Assembly (NCBI RefSeq): GCF_036365525.1
Contig: NC_090415.1
Span: 14,012,001-14,076,000, forward strand
Source: Heterodontus francisci
Taxonomy: Eukaryota
Direction of reading: 5' to 3'
DNA: 64,000 nucleotides
A model generated the notes under the pieces. It did not search any database and was not told the DNA's origin. It saw only the letters and a program-made list of their open reading frames with translations. A program made the translations under genes and the position numbers. Below are positions 13,324-26,504 of the stretch, one piece after another. Numbering within the stretch: position 1 is the stretch's first letter; the number at the start of each line of letters is the position of its first letter.

Positions 13324-13704
13324 TTACTTGGAGCTGGTGTACTTGGTGACCGCCTTTGTACCTTCCGACACGGCGTGTTTGGCCAGCTCCCCGGGCAGCA
13401 GCAGGCGCACGGCGGTCTGGATCTCCCGGGAGCTGATGGTGCTGCGTTTGTTGTAATGGGCCAGGCGGGAAGCCTCACCCGCGATTCGCTCGAAAATATC
13501 ATTCACAAACGAATTCATGATGCTCATGGCCTTGGAGGAGATGCCGGTGTCAGGGTGAACCTGCTTCATCACTTTGTACACGTAGATGGAGTAACTTTCT
13601 CTCCTGGATTTTCTCCGTTTCTTACTGCCCTTTGGTGGCGCCTTCTTCTGAGTTTTCTTGGCGCCCTTCTTGGAAGGTGCTGCTGTTTTCTTCTCCTCAA
13701 CCAT
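13324..13704 (-). CDS. H2B: Histone H2B (126 aa), left copy
   Basis: MVEEKK...[22 protein letters not shown]...[12 protein letters not shown] at 13704. Confidence 0.98.
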   Translation of the reverse strand: MVEEKKTAAPSKKGAKKTQKKAPPKGSKKRRKSRRESYSIYVYKVMKQVHPDTGISSKAMSIMNSFVNDIFERIAGEASRLAHYNKRSTISSREIQTAVRLLLPGELAKHAVSEGTKAVTKYTSSK

Positions 13705-13757
13705 GATCACGACCAACTTCAGACGCAGAATAACCGAAATTTCGCTCGGAGCTTGAA

Positions 13758-13822
13758 TTTTATAGGCATCCCCAGAACCCTATGCTAATGAAGGATGGGA
13801 GATGACCATGTTCATGATTGGC
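13758..13822 (-). promoter_or_regulatory. H2B promoter: TATA, octamer variant ATTAGCAT, CCAAT
   Basis: On the minus strand, TATAAAA at 13758-13764, ATTAGCAT at 13782-13789 and CCAAT at about 13817-13821. The octamer-TATA layout is the known H2B promoter pattern. Confidence 0.75.
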
Positions 13823-13852
13823 TGGTTTACAATGATGTCACTGCCTGATGTT

Positions 13853-14194
13853 GAGTGGCGCAGTGGTTCGCACTGCAGCCTCACAGCTCCAGCGACCCGG
13901 GTTCAATTCTGGGTACTGCCTGTGTGGAATTTGCAAGTTCTCCCTGTGTCTGCGTGGGTTTCCTCCGTGTGCTCCGGTTTTCTCCCACATGCCAAAGACT
14001 TGCTGGTTTATTGGTTAATTGGCCATTATAAAATGGCCCCTAGTATAGGTAGGTGGTCGGGAAATATCGGGACAGGTGGGGATGTGGTAGGAATATGGAA
14101 TCAGTGTAGGATTAGTATAAATGGGTGGTTGATGGTCGGCACAGACTCAGTGGGCCGAAGGGCCTGTTTCAGAGCAGTATCTCAAAAATATAAG
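13853..14194 (+). mobile_element. HE1-like tRNA-derived V-SINE
   Basis: A-box gtggcgcagtgg, B-box ggttcaattc, V-domain gtgtctgcgtgggtttcctcc, and LINE-like tail gggccgaagggcctg. Absent from the right-arm paralog. Confidence 0.9.
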
Positions 14195-14849
14195 CTATAT
14201 CTGTCTGATTGGATATCTAAAGTAACCAATCACACTTCATGCCTATCACAGCCACAAACTGACGCAGCAGTCAGATCGTCCAACCCCCTTTGCCCGCCCT
14301 TAACCATGACTTTCTGAGTCCCTCTGCCTCTTCAACCATTTCCATTTTGCTGGTACGAACACGTCTATTTTTTCACTCTGTACATATAATTTCTCGACAC
14401 TTCCATTCCTTATCAGGATGTACCGCCCTGCTGCACTTCCCTCCATCACCAGGACGGAACCGTCCAGTATAGTTGGGGTCAGACATGGGCAAGTGCAAGC
14501 ATTGAAGTGCAAGTCTTTAAATCTATGTTGCGTGCCAAATAAGGTTGGTCAGCTGCAGCCACAAGTAACCACATGAAAGATTTATATAGTGGCAATTACA
14601 TAATTCTGGCTGAAACTAGGCGAGGCATGGGAACTTATTATTACTGGCTACAAATATTCAGCAAGACAGGTCTGCAAAAATATGGAGGGTTGTGGAGTGG
14701 AAAGAGTTGATCAAATATAATATGATAACACTGGCAGCGATGATGTTTTTGAGCTGTTAACAAAAGAATCTATTTGGTCATATTTACGGAATATGGCAGG
14801 AGGAAATGCATGGACATTCTGGGTCGTGTCATGTTTGTCTTTCCCTGCC

Positions 14850-15830
14850 GGACATGTGAGTGTGGGTTTCATTCTGTGCCTATCAGTATGTGATATTTAA
14901 CTGTGACTTTTAATCCGTATTGGGCAATCTATGGTCAATGATTTTGTGATTTAATTCAGTAATTTCAATCTTCAATAGGTGATTCTGTTTTTTTTTCTTT
15001 CTCTGCAACATTCAGTTTCTAAGTGGGTGATTATGGGTTTTGTTCTGTACCTATGAGCTTCTACTGAGTGAGTGTGGGTTTTGTTATGTATCTGTTAATA
15101 TCTGATTTTGGAGTCTGGGCATTTCTCTTTATCTGTCAATTTCTGAATTGTGAATTTGGATTTTAATCTGCACCTGTCAGTTTCTGGTATGAAAGGTTGT
15201 TTGGTTTTGTCTCTGTACCTGTTAGTAAGTGACATTTTTGTGTAGCTTTACACAGCACATGTTAATTGATGACACGTCAGCATTGTTTTCACTCTACATG
15301 TCAGTCTCTGGTTTGGAGACCTCACCTGTGTTCTGTACCAATCAGACGTCTTCATATAAGGATGGGTTTTAACCTGTTCCTTTCAATCTGTTGTATGTAA
15401 GTACTGTTTATTATCTGTATCTGTAAGTTTCTGATGAATGAATGTGGTCTGTATCACGTCCCTGTCAGTGGTTCATTAAGAGATATTTTACACTGTACCT
15501 GCCCGTTCTGATATGTGAGTGTGGGTTGTGATCTACGGCTGACCGTTTCTGGTATGAGACATGAGCATTGTTTTTACTCTGTGCATGTTAGCCTCAAGTG
15601 CAGAAGCTGGGTTTAATAGTACAGCTCACTCTCTGCTGTATGATTATGGATTTTCATCTGGACAAGTTAATTTCTGGTACGGGCATGTGAATTTTATTCT
15701 CTATGCCAATTTATGGTATGTGATTATGTGTTCTTTCTGTTCTGTCAGTTTCTGCTGAACTGTATGGTGGATTTGCTTTCAATCTGCCAAGTTCTGCGAT
15801 GTGAATGTTGGTTTTACTTTGTATTTGTCA
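14850..15830. repeat. Degenerate ~40-bp tandem satellite, block 1; further blocks at about 17.0-17.8, 25.0-26.5 and 28.45-28.65 kb
   Basis: Recurrent unit close to GTGGGTTTTATTCTGTACCTGTCAGTTTCTGGTATGTGAGT. Confidence 0.75.
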
Positions 15831-16810
15831 TCGAGAGATAGAGTCATAGAGTTATACAGCACAGAAACAGGCCCTTAGACACATTGTTGGCCGGCACAGG
15901 CACAATCAGTGATCTATTCTAATCCCATTTTCCAGCACTTGGCCCATCGCCTTGTATGCTATGGCCTTTCAAATGTATATCTAAATACTTCTTAAATGTT
16001 GTGTGGGGTCCTGCCTCTACCACCCCTTTCAGGTAATGTGTTCCAGATTCCAACCACCATCTGGGTGAAAATGGAAAATAAAACAATCCTCAAATCCCCT
16101 CTAAACTTCCTGCTTGTTACATTAAATCATGGCTGATCTGTTTCTGATTTGAATTCCACACTCCTATCAACTCCCAATAATCTTTGATTCCCTTGCCGAA
16201 CAAGAATCTATCAAGACCTGACTGAAAAAATATATATTCATTGACACCGCCTCCACCACCTTCTAAAGCACTGAATTCCAAAGTCTCACAAACCTCAGAG
16301 GGATAAAAAAAATCTCCTCATCTCGGTCTTAAAAGTGTGACCCATACTTTTAAAGCAGCGCCCCCGAGTTCTGAACTCATCCACAAGAGGAAACATCCTT
16401 TCCCCATCCACTTGTCAAGACCATTCAGGATCTTATACACTTCAATCAAGTCTCCCCTCACTCTTCTAAACTCAAGTGAAAACTAACCCAGTCTGTCCAA
16501 CCTTTCCTCATAAGACATCCACTCATTCCAGGTATCAATCTAATAAACCTCCTCTGAAACTCCTCCAACACATTTCCTTCCTTCCTTAAATATGGAGACC
16601 AAAACTGCACACAGTATTCGAGATGGGGTCTCACCAAAGCCCCGTATAACTGAAGCATAACATCCTTAGATTAATTTTCAATTCCTGTTGTAATAAAGGA
16701 TAACTTTCCAATTGCCTTTGTGATTTGCCATACCTGCATACTAACGTTTTGTGACTCAAGCACAAGAACACCTGGATCCCTCTGCACCTCAGAATTCTGC
16801 AGTCATTCTC
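15830..16810 (-). mobile_element. CR1 3' fragments (two pieces)
   Basis: ORF 16458-16658(-) LVRPHLEYCVQFWSPY. CR1 3' UTRs on the minus strand. Confidence 0.85.
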
Positions 16811-16811
16811 C

Positions 16812-17000
16812 GCAGATACTCAGCAGGCCTGCCAGCATCTGTGGAGACAGAAACAGAGATAACCATTCTGGTCAATGGTCTTTCATCAGAAAGGTCCGTT
16901 CTGATCGAAGGTCATTGACCTGAAATGTTAACTCACTTTCTCTCTCTGCAGGTGCTGCCAGACTTGCAGATTATTTCCAGCATTTTCTGTTTTCATTTCC
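16812..17000. mobile_element. Inverted pair of Penelope-type termini with hammerhead-like cores
   Basis: CTGATGA...GA on the minus strand (16883-16889) and CTGATCG-AAGGTCATTGACCT-GAAA on the plus strand (16901-16925). The flanks match the Penelope end at 58430-58530. Confidence 0.7.
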
Positions 17001-17774
17001 ACTGTACATCATATATTCTGGCAAATGAATGTGGGATCAATCTTTAACCTTTGGTTTCTGATATGCAAATGTGGATTTTACCTAGCATGTTGTCAGTTAC
17101 TGCAATGCAAATATCTGTTTTATTCTGTAACATTTTGTTTGTGGTAATTGATTGTGGGTTTTACTCTGCATCTGCCAGTCTCTGTAATGTGAATGTGGCT
17201 TTTGTCTGTGCATGATTTCTGAGTATGTGTTTTACTTTCCCTGTATGTTTCTCAATGTGGATTTTGCTATGTACCTCAGTTACTTTCTGTGTATATGTTG
17301 TATTCTGTTTCTGTGCATCTATGGTGAGTGTAACATTTCCCCTGTATCTATCAGAATCACTCTTGTGAGGATGGTCATTATTCTGTACTTGTTGGTTTAT
17401 GGTAGTGCTTGATTTACACATTTACGGTCACTCTCTGATATGCTACTATACAGTTTACTCTGCACTTGTCAGATTCTGCTATGTGATATTGTCTTTTATC
17501 TATCTGTCTGTGTCTGGTATCCTATTGCAAGTTTTACGGTATACCCATCAGCTTCTGGTATTTAAGTATGAGGTTCACATTGTATCTTTCATCTTGTTCT
17601 GTGTGAATCTGCTTTTGCCTTGAACTGACAGTTACTACTCTGTGAGTGTACATTTGAAGGGTGCTTGTTAACTTCTGCTAAATAGATGATAGTTTTACTC
17701 TGTGCATGTCAGTCACTGCAATGGGAAGTTGGGATTCATGCTGTATCTGCCATTTGATTTATTGATCTATTCTG

Positions 17775-18820
17775 GTTTTTGGCTGGCCCATAGAAGACAG
17801 AGGGTGGTAGTAGATGGAAAGTATTCAGCCTGGAGCTCGGTGACCAGTGGTGTTCCACGAGGATCTGTTCTGGGACCTCTGCTCTTTGTGATTTTTATAA
17901 ATGACTTGGATGAGGAAGTGGAAGGCTGGGTTAGCAAGTTTGCCGATGACACGAAGATTGCTGGAGTTGTGGATAGTGTGGAAGGCTGTTGTAGGTTGTA
18001 ACGGGACATTGACAGGATGCAGAGCTGGGCTGAGAAGTGGCAGATGGAGTTCAACCTGGAAAAGTGTGAAGTGATTCATTTTGGAAGGTCGAATTTGAAT
18101 GCAGAATACAGGCTTAAAGACAGGATTCTTGGTAGCGTGGAGGAACAGAGGGATCTTGGGGTCCATTTCCATAGATCGCTCAAAGTTGCCACCCAAGTTG
18201 ATAGGGTTGTTAAAAGGCGTATGGTGTGTTGGCTTTCACTAACAGGGGGATTGAGTTTAAGAGCCGCGAGGTTATGCTGCAGCTCTGTAAGGCCCTGGTA
18301 CGACCACACTTGGAATATTGTGTTCAGTTCTGGTCGCCTCATTATAGGAAGGATGTGGAAGCTTTAGAGAGGGTGCAGAAGAGATTTACCAGGATGCTGC
18401 CTGGACTGGAGGGCATGTCTTACGAAGAAAGGTTGAGGGAGCTCGGGCTTTTCTCATTGGAGCAAAGAAGGATGAGAGGTGACTTGATAGAGGGGTACAA
18501 GATGATGAGAGGCAAAGATAGAGTGGATAGCCAGAGACTTTTTCCCAGGGTGGAAAGGGCTATCGCCAAGGGGCATAATTTTAAGGTGATTGTGTAAAGA
18601 CCCTACCTCTGACATCTCCCCGAAACCTTCCTCCAGAGAGTGGTGGGTGCGTGGAATGCACTGTCAGTGCTGGTAGTAGAAGCAGATACATTAGGAACAT
18701 TTAAGCGACTCTTGGATAGGTACATGGATGATAGTAGAAAGAAGGGTATGCAGGCAGTTTGATCTTAGAGTAGGTTAAAGGATCGGCACAACATCGTGGG
18801 CCGAAGGGCCTGTACTGTTT
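17775..18820 (+). mobile_element. CR1/HER1-type LINE 3' part
   Basis: [35 protein letters not shown]. Confidence 0.9.
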
Positions 18821-19158
18821 AGTTTAGTTTAGAGATGCAGCACTGAAACAGGCCCTTCGGCCCACCGAGTCTGTGCCGACCATCAACCACCCATTTATAC
18901 TAATCCTACACTAATCCCATATTCCTACCACATCCCCACCTGTCCATATATTTCCCTACCACCTACCTATACTAGGGGCAATTTATAATGGCCAATTAAC
19001 CGATCAACCTGCAAGTCTTTGGCATGTGGGAGGAAACCAGAGCACCTGGAGGAAACCCACGCAGACACAGGGAGAACATGCAAACTCCACACAGGCAGTA
19101 CCCAGAATTGAACCCGGGTCGCTGGAGCTGTGAGGCTGCGTTGCTAACCACTGCGCTG
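18820..19158 (-). mobile_element. HE1-like V-SINE
   Basis: Reverse complement of the 13853-14194 element, with a (gttta)n tail. Confidence 0.9.
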
Positions 19159-19164
19159 TACTGT

Positions 19165-20705
19165 TCTATACCCCGTATCCTGAGACTGTGACCCCTGGTT
19201 CTGGACTCCCCAGCCATCGGGAACAACCTCCCTGCATTCAGCATGAATCCTGTTAGAATTTTATAGGTTTCTATGAGATCCCCTCTCATTCTTCTAAACC
19301 AAAGTAAATGTAGGCCTACTCTCCTCGTACATCAATCCTGCCAGCCCAGGAACCAAGGCGAGAACAAAATTCCTAAGATAAATAGACCAAAACTACACAC
19401 AATACGGTGGCACAGTGGTTAGCACCACAGCCTCACAGCTCTAGCGACATGGGTTTGGTTCTGGGTACTGCCTGTGTGGAGTTTGCAAGTTCTTCCTGTG
19501 ACCATGTGGGTTTCCGCTGGGTGCTCTGATTTTCTCCCACAGCCAAAGAGTTGCAGGTTGATAGGTAAATTGGCCATTGTAAATTGCCCCTAGTATAGGT
19601 TGGTGGTCGGGAAGGTGGGTAGAGGTAGGGAATATGGCATTAATGTAGGATTAGTATAAATAGGTGATTGTTGGTCGGATGGGGTTAATGTAGGATTAGT
19701 GTAAAAATAGGTGGTTGTTGGTCAGCACAGACTCGGTTGTCCAAAGGGCCTGGTTCAGTGCTGTATCACTCTATGACTCTAAATACTCCAGATGAGTCTC
19801 ACCAAGGCCTTGTATAACTGCAGTAAGACATCTGTGCTCCGACACTGAAATCCTCTTGCAACGAAGGCCAACATACCATTTTCCTTCCTAATTGCTTGCT
19901 GCACCTGAATGCTTGCTTTCAGCGACTGATGTACAAGGACACCCAGGTCTCGTTGCACCTCCCCCTTTCCCTATCTATCACTATTCAGATAATAATCTGC
20001 TTTACTGTTTTAAATCCAAAGTGGATAACTTCACTTTTATTCTATTTATATTTCATCTGCCACACAGTTGCCTACTCACCCAACTTGTCCAAATCACATT
20101 GGAGCCTTTTGCATCCTCCTCACAGCTCACAATCCCCCCCCCCCCCCAAACCCCACCCCCAGCTCTGTCTCATCTGCAAACCTGGAAATGTTACATTTAC
20201 TTCCCTCACCCAAGTCTGTAAGATATATTGTGAATAGCTGGGGCTGAAGCACAGTTTCCTGCAGTACCCCACTGGACCCTACCTGCCACCCAGAAATATC
20301 CCCATTTATTCCTACTCTGTTTCCTGTCTGTCAACTAATTCCCAATCCCTGCCAGTATATTACCCCCAATCCCATGTGCTTTAATTTTGCACACTAACCT
20401 CTTATGTGGGACCTTGTCAAAAGCCTTCTGAAAATCCAAATGCACCACATCCACTAGTTCTCCATTATCGAGTCTGCTAGTTACATCCTCAAAAAACTCC
20501 AGTGGATTTGTTAAGCATGACTTCTCTTTTGTAAAACTATCACATCCTTTATAATGGACTCCAGCATTTTCCCCACTACTGATGTAAGGTTCACTCGTCT
20601 GTAATTCCTTTTTTTTCTCTCCCTCCTTGTTTTAAATAGTGAGGTTACATTTTCCACCCTCCAATCTGTATGAACTGCTCCAGAGTCTACAGAATTTTGG
20701 AATAT
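19165..20705 (-). mobile_element. Decayed CR1 LINE interrupted by a V-SINE at about 19405-19780 (+)
   Basis: RGDLIETYKIL and DWRVENVT...LTSVVGKMLESII. The SINE is absent from the paralogous CR1 at 29.17 kb. Confidence 0.85.
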
Positions 20706-21894
20706 CCGGTACTTCATATGTATCTCAGTCATTGTGGTGACAACTCTTTGTTTCACACGTTAATGTATCAATATGTGTTTACTTGTGTTTAATTCAAAAT
20801 ATGGATTAACAATGTTTTATTGCTGTAGGTTTTATTCAATTCTTGTTTGTGAGTTGTAGCTTTTTATCCAATTTGTATCTCTGCAAAAGCAATTGTGAAT
20901 GACAATCTTTCAATTTTAGAGTATGACCAGACATGTAATGTTAAATTCCATCAGTTTGTAGTAAATGAACTAATCCTGTATGTTTTTGTCTGACCCTTAG
21001 TGACATGTTTACACTGGTGTGTAATTTGTAGCTCAGTTTATCTTGTGGGGTATGTTATTGGGATTCATTCTGTAGCTTTCAATCAGGGACATTTTGTCTG
21101 TTCTGTTTAAGATTTGGTATTTGAATTGTAGCCAAGGTGACACAGTGTATTTAAATCAGATAATGTGTGTGTTTTTGGACTGTGATTCATGTATCTACCA
21201 GTCAGTTGGAGAGAAATAGAAACAAATACTATCTCTATGCTCTGTTTGACTATTGGATTGATAATGTGTCTCTTTGGGATCAGTCTGGGTCTGACTACTT
21301 CTTTTGTTTGTTACAGTGGAAATGATGACCTGACCGTGTCACTGTGCTTTATGACTGATACTGTACCTAATATGTGTTGGAACGAGCTGGAGGTACTTTT
21401 CCATCTATTGATGAGTCATGACTTTCATTCTGGTTCCTTCGAGTGTTTGCCTGGCAGAAAAGAAAGGTAACTCTTACACTTGAAGAACAGGTGAGTGAGA
21501 AGACACAAAAGTGATCAATGTAATATTTTCAATAATATTCATTCTGAGCAATCACAAAAGGAAAGTTCACACATAAGCAGTGTCAGTGTCTGAGTCCACT
21601 GCAGTACTGCAGCACTCTGCTTCTGTTTCCCAGGTATTTGGAGCAGTTTTACAGCAATTTTGTGACATTCAGAAACAACCCATGCCCCGCACTGCTCAAT
21701 GACCCGGACGACTCAATGGAGAAGTGATATTTGCACAAGCCAGAGTTCTATTTTCATGTCCAATTGTTCAACGGACAAGAAGTAATAACTGTTTAAAAAA
21801 GTGTCCTTAATCTCCTCACCTGATCCTGCAATAGAGAGTCTTTGAAAATCTGCCGTGTCTACATTATTCAGCCCTTTTTTTTTCGCCATTCATA

Positions 21895-22232
21895 GAGAGA
21901 TACAGTACCTGAACAGGCCCTTCAGCCCATCGAGTCCATGTTGACCAACAACCACCCATTTATACCAATCCTATATTAATTCCATTTTTCCCTCTAAAGT
22001 CCCCACTATCCTCCTACAACATACCTACACCAGGGGCATTTTTTTTTGCAATGGCTAGTTTACCTATCAACATACAAGTCTTTGGCATGTGGAAGGAAAC
22101 CAGAGCACCCAGCGGAAACCCATGCAGTCACAGGGAAAACTTGCAAAATGCACACAAGCAGTATGAAGAACCAGACCAAAGTCACTGGAGCTGTGAGGCT
22201 GCGGTACTAGTCACTGTGCCACTCTGCCACCC
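21895..22232 (-). mobile_element. Older V-SINE copy
   Basis: ggaaaccagagcacc...ggagctgtgaggc on the plus strand. Absent from the paralog at about 32.06 kb. Confidence 0.8.
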
Positions 22233-22474
22233 AATTCACTATCCAACAACAAACAGTGAGATATTGAATCCGAACCAGGAACATTCATTACAGTTTGGAG
22301 AGAGAAATCAGGAATGATTTTGGAAAAGGGAGTTCATCATATTCTGTCTCTCTCTCCCTGTCCAGACAGTGCCCGAGAAAGACCTCTCCCTTTCCCCTGG
22401 CTCACTCCATGTTCCTGGACCAGTTCCTGCTTCACAGTGCATATTACAAACAGTCCCCCAGTCCTGCTGAATTA

Positions 22475-25025
22475 GCAGAAGTAGACCATTCAGCCGCTCG
22501 AGCTTGCTCCGCTATTCAATTTGTTCATGGCTGATCAATTTCTGAGTTGAATTCCACACTCCCATCTATGCCTGATAATCTTTGATTCCCTTGCCTAACA
22601 AGAATCTATCTACCCCTGCCTTAAAAATATTCAATTACCCCACCTCCACCACCTTCTGAGGCAGAGAATTCCAAAGTTGCACAACCCTCGGAGAGAAAAC
22701 AAATCTCATCTCATCCCTAAAATGGCGACCCCTAATTCGAAAACAGCATCCCCAAGTTCTGAACTCATCCACAAGAGGAAACATCCTTTCCCCATCCACT
22801 TGTCAAGACCATTCAGGATGTTATACACTTCAATCAAGTCTCCCCTCACTCTTCTAAACTCCAGTGAAGAAAAACCCAGTCCGTCCAACCTTTCCTCATA
22901 AGACAACCCACTCATTCCAGGTATCAATCTAATAAACCTCCTGTGAAACACCTCCAACACATTTACTTCCTTCCTGAAATATGGAGACTAAAACTGCACG
23001 CAGTATTCAAGATGTGGTCACACCAATGCCCTGTATAACTGAAGCATAACATTCTTACATTTATTTTCAATTCCTCTCATGATAAAGGATAGTATTCCAT
23101 TTTCCTTCTTGATGACTTGCTGTACCTGCATACTAACTTTTCATGACTCATGCACCAGAACACCTAGATCCCTCTGCACCTCGGAATTATGCAGTTGTTC
23201 TCCATTTAAGTAATACTTTGTTTTTTTAATCTTCCAGACAAAGTGAATAACTTCACATTTTTTCACATTACACTTCATCTGCCAGATTTCTGACCACTCA
23301 CTCAACCATCTATCAAGGTCTGCAACCTCCTTATGTCCTCTTCACAACACACTTTCCTACCGATCTGTGTGTCATCTGCAAATCTAACTGCCATGCCATT
23401 GCTCCCCTCATCTAGGTTATGGATATAAATTGTAAAAAGTTGTGGGCCCAGCACAGACCCCTGTGTTACTCCACTTATCACATCCTCCCGATCAGAATGT
23501 TTTCTGTCAGCCAGCCAATCTTCTATCCATGCTAATTAAGTTACCCACTACACCATGAACTCCTGCTTTGCACAATAACCTTTCATGTGGCACCTTGACA
23601 AAGGCCTTCTTGAAAACCAAATACTGTATGTCAATGGGCTCCCCTTTATCCCCAGTGCATTTTCCTCCTTGAAAGAACTCTAATACTTTGGTTAACCATG
23701 ATTTCCCTTTCACATCGCCATGCTGAACATTTCCAATGACCTTGTGTTTTTCTAAATGCCCAGCTATAGCCTCCTTAATGATCAATTCTAACACCTTCCC
23801 TGAATCAGGGGTCAAGCTAACTATCCTATAGTTACCCAATTTCTGCCTCCCCACCTTCTTGAATAGAAGGGTTATATTTGCTACTTTCCAGTCTGATGGA
23901 ACCTTTCTAGAATCTAGTGAATCTTGAAAAAATAACAAATCAACTCTTTCAGCAGCCATAACTTTAAGGACCCTAGGATGAAGCCCATCAGGACCCAGAG
24001 ACTTGTCAGCCAGCAGCTCCATCAGTTTACTCAGTACCACTTCCCTGGTGATTGTAACTTCACCAAGTTCCTCTCTTCCTTCCACCTCCTGATTTACTGC
24101 TATTACTGAAATATTTTGTGTATCCTCTAGTGAAGACAGAAGCCAAATAATTGTTCATTTCAACCACCATTTCCTTATTATCGACTATTAACTCCCCATT
24201 CTCATTCTCTAAAGGACCAACACTCACTTTACTTACACTTTTCCTTTTTAAATACCTATGGAAACTCTTGCTATCCGTTTTTACATTTCTAGCTAGTTCT
24301 GTCATAATCTAATTTATTTTCCCCTGATTAACCTTTGTCATTCTCGGCCATTCATTATATTCTGACCAATCATCTGACCTGCCACTCGTCTTTGCACAAT
24401 TCTATGCTTTTTCATTAAGGTTGAGGCTATCCTTAACTTCTTTAGTGAACAATGGATGGTGGGTCCTCCCCTTGGAATTTTACTTTACTGTAGGAATATA
24501 ATTCCTTTGAGTATTCAGAAATATTGCCATCAATGTCTGCTACTGCTTCTCTATTTATTTATCTCCTAGCCTAGTAACCCAGTTCAATTCAGCTAGCTCA
24601 GCTTTCATGTCCACATAGTTGTCCTTATTTAAGTTTAAAATACTAGTCTTAGACCCACTCCTCTCAATTTCAAACTGGATGCAAAATTCAGTCATATTGT
24701 GGTTGCTGCTACCTAGAGGTGCCTTTACTCTGAGGTCATTAATTAATCCTGTTAAATTACACAATACCAAATCTAATATAACCTGGTTCCAGAATGTACT
24801 GCTCGAAGAAACTATCTCAAAAGCATTCTTTGAACTCCTCATCCAGGCTGTTAGAACCAATCTCATTTTTCCAGTTTATATGTTGAATAAAATCCCCATT
24901 ATTATTTCCATCCCTTTATCACAAGCACCCAAAATTTGTTCTTGTATACTTTACCCTCCATTGTCATTATTGCTCAGTGGCCAGGACACAACTCCTACCA
25001 GTGACTTCTTTCCCCCACTATTCCC
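22475..25025 (-). mobile_element. Decayed CR1 LINE ORF2 (APE endonuclease to RT to 3' UTR)
   Basis: ILDLVLCN...LGSSNHN, GPDGLHPRVLK, KAFVKVPH, RGDLIEVYNIL. Confidence 0.9.
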
Positions 25026-26500
25026 TGGTCTACAATTTATCTCTGTCAGTTTCTGATTTTGGGTGTGAGTATATATGTACCTGTTTTATGTGAGAACCGT
25101 CTTATTCTGTACCTTTCAGATTTTGATGTGTCTGTGTGTCTGGCTTGTACTTGGTCCCAATCAGTTTAGAATATGTGAGTGTAGATTTGACTGTTAATAT
25201 TCCATTCTTGGGAATATGAGTGGGGGTTCACACTTCATCTTTGAGTGTCCAGTTAGGCCAATTTAAAGTTTAATCTGTGCCCTTAAATTTCTAATGTGTA
25301 GCTGTGGGTTTTATCCTGTCACTGTCACTATCTGTTATAAGAGTAAGGGGTACATTCTGGTTTTTGATTGTGGATTTCTCACCACATCTCTACATTGTCT
25401 CGGATGTGAATGTGATTTTTAATCTGTACATGCCAGTTTCTGACATATGGCTCTGAGGTTGAATTTGTACATGTCATTCTCTGGTATGTGACTGCCAATT
25501 TTATTCTGAACCTCTCAGTTTCCTTTACCTGTGTGCGAGTTTTAGTCGGTATCTGTCAGTATCTGGTACATGAATCTTCTTCCTTATGCGTATGTTTTGC
25601 TCTGTATTTGTCAGTGTCTGAAGTGCCAATTGTCAGGTTTTCTTTGTACCTGTCACTCTCTGTTATGCATCACAGACTTTCCCTCTCTAACTGTAAATTT
25701 CTTCCAATTCACCGTGGATTTCACTCTGTGTCTGTCAGTCTCTGGTAGTTAAGTGTGGTTTTTTTACTTCATCTCCTAATTTCTGATATGTGAATGGAGA
25801 TTTTAATCTGTACCTTTTGGCTTCTAGTGTGCGAGTCTGTGTTTCAATCTGTATCTACCAGTTTCTCATATGTGAGGGTGGCATTTATTCTGTACCAGTT
25901 ACTTTCTGAAATGTGTGAAGATTTCAATCTTTCCCTGTCAGTTTCTGGTATGTGAATGTGGGTTTATTCTGGATCTTTCAATCTTTGGAATTTGAGTACA
26001 TGCTTTATCCTATACCTTTTTACTTGTGTTAAGTGAATGAAGGATTAGATCTGTACCTGTCCATTGATAGTAAATGAATATCTGTTTTAGTCTGTACCTG
26101 GCAGTTTATGGCAAAGTAAGGTGGTTTATTTCTCTACCTGCCAGATTCTGATATGTGACTGTTGTTTTATTCTGTACCTGTTATTTTCTGTGATATGAGT
26201 CTGGCTTTTGATCTGTACCTGTCAGTTACTGTTACTTGACTGAGTTTCACTTTGCACCAGTTGGTTTCTGGTATGTGAGTGTCAGTTTTAAGTTGTACCT
26301 GTAAAGTTAAGGTATGACAGTGTGGGTTTATTCTGTATCTTTCAAACTCTAGTGTGTGATATGGGTTTTTTTATCTCTGAATCTTTTGATTTCTGGTCGG
26401 TAAGTTTGTGTTCTTATCTGCATCTTACAGTTCCTTATCGGTGTCTGTGTGCACATTTCCTTTTTCTGCAGCTATTAACGTCTGCTACGCGAGTATGTGT
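25025..26500. repeat. Degenerate ~40-bp tandem satellite, longest left block
   Basis: TCTGTACCTG-like anchors at 26091, 26131, 26171 and 26212 give a period of 40-41 bp. Confidence 0.8.
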
Positions 26501-26504
26501 AATG

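Noticed and set aside
13853-13915. tRNA gene (also at about 19100-19158, 19405-19465 and 41520-41545)
   Set aside because: A/B boxes of SINE heads with no cloverleaf.
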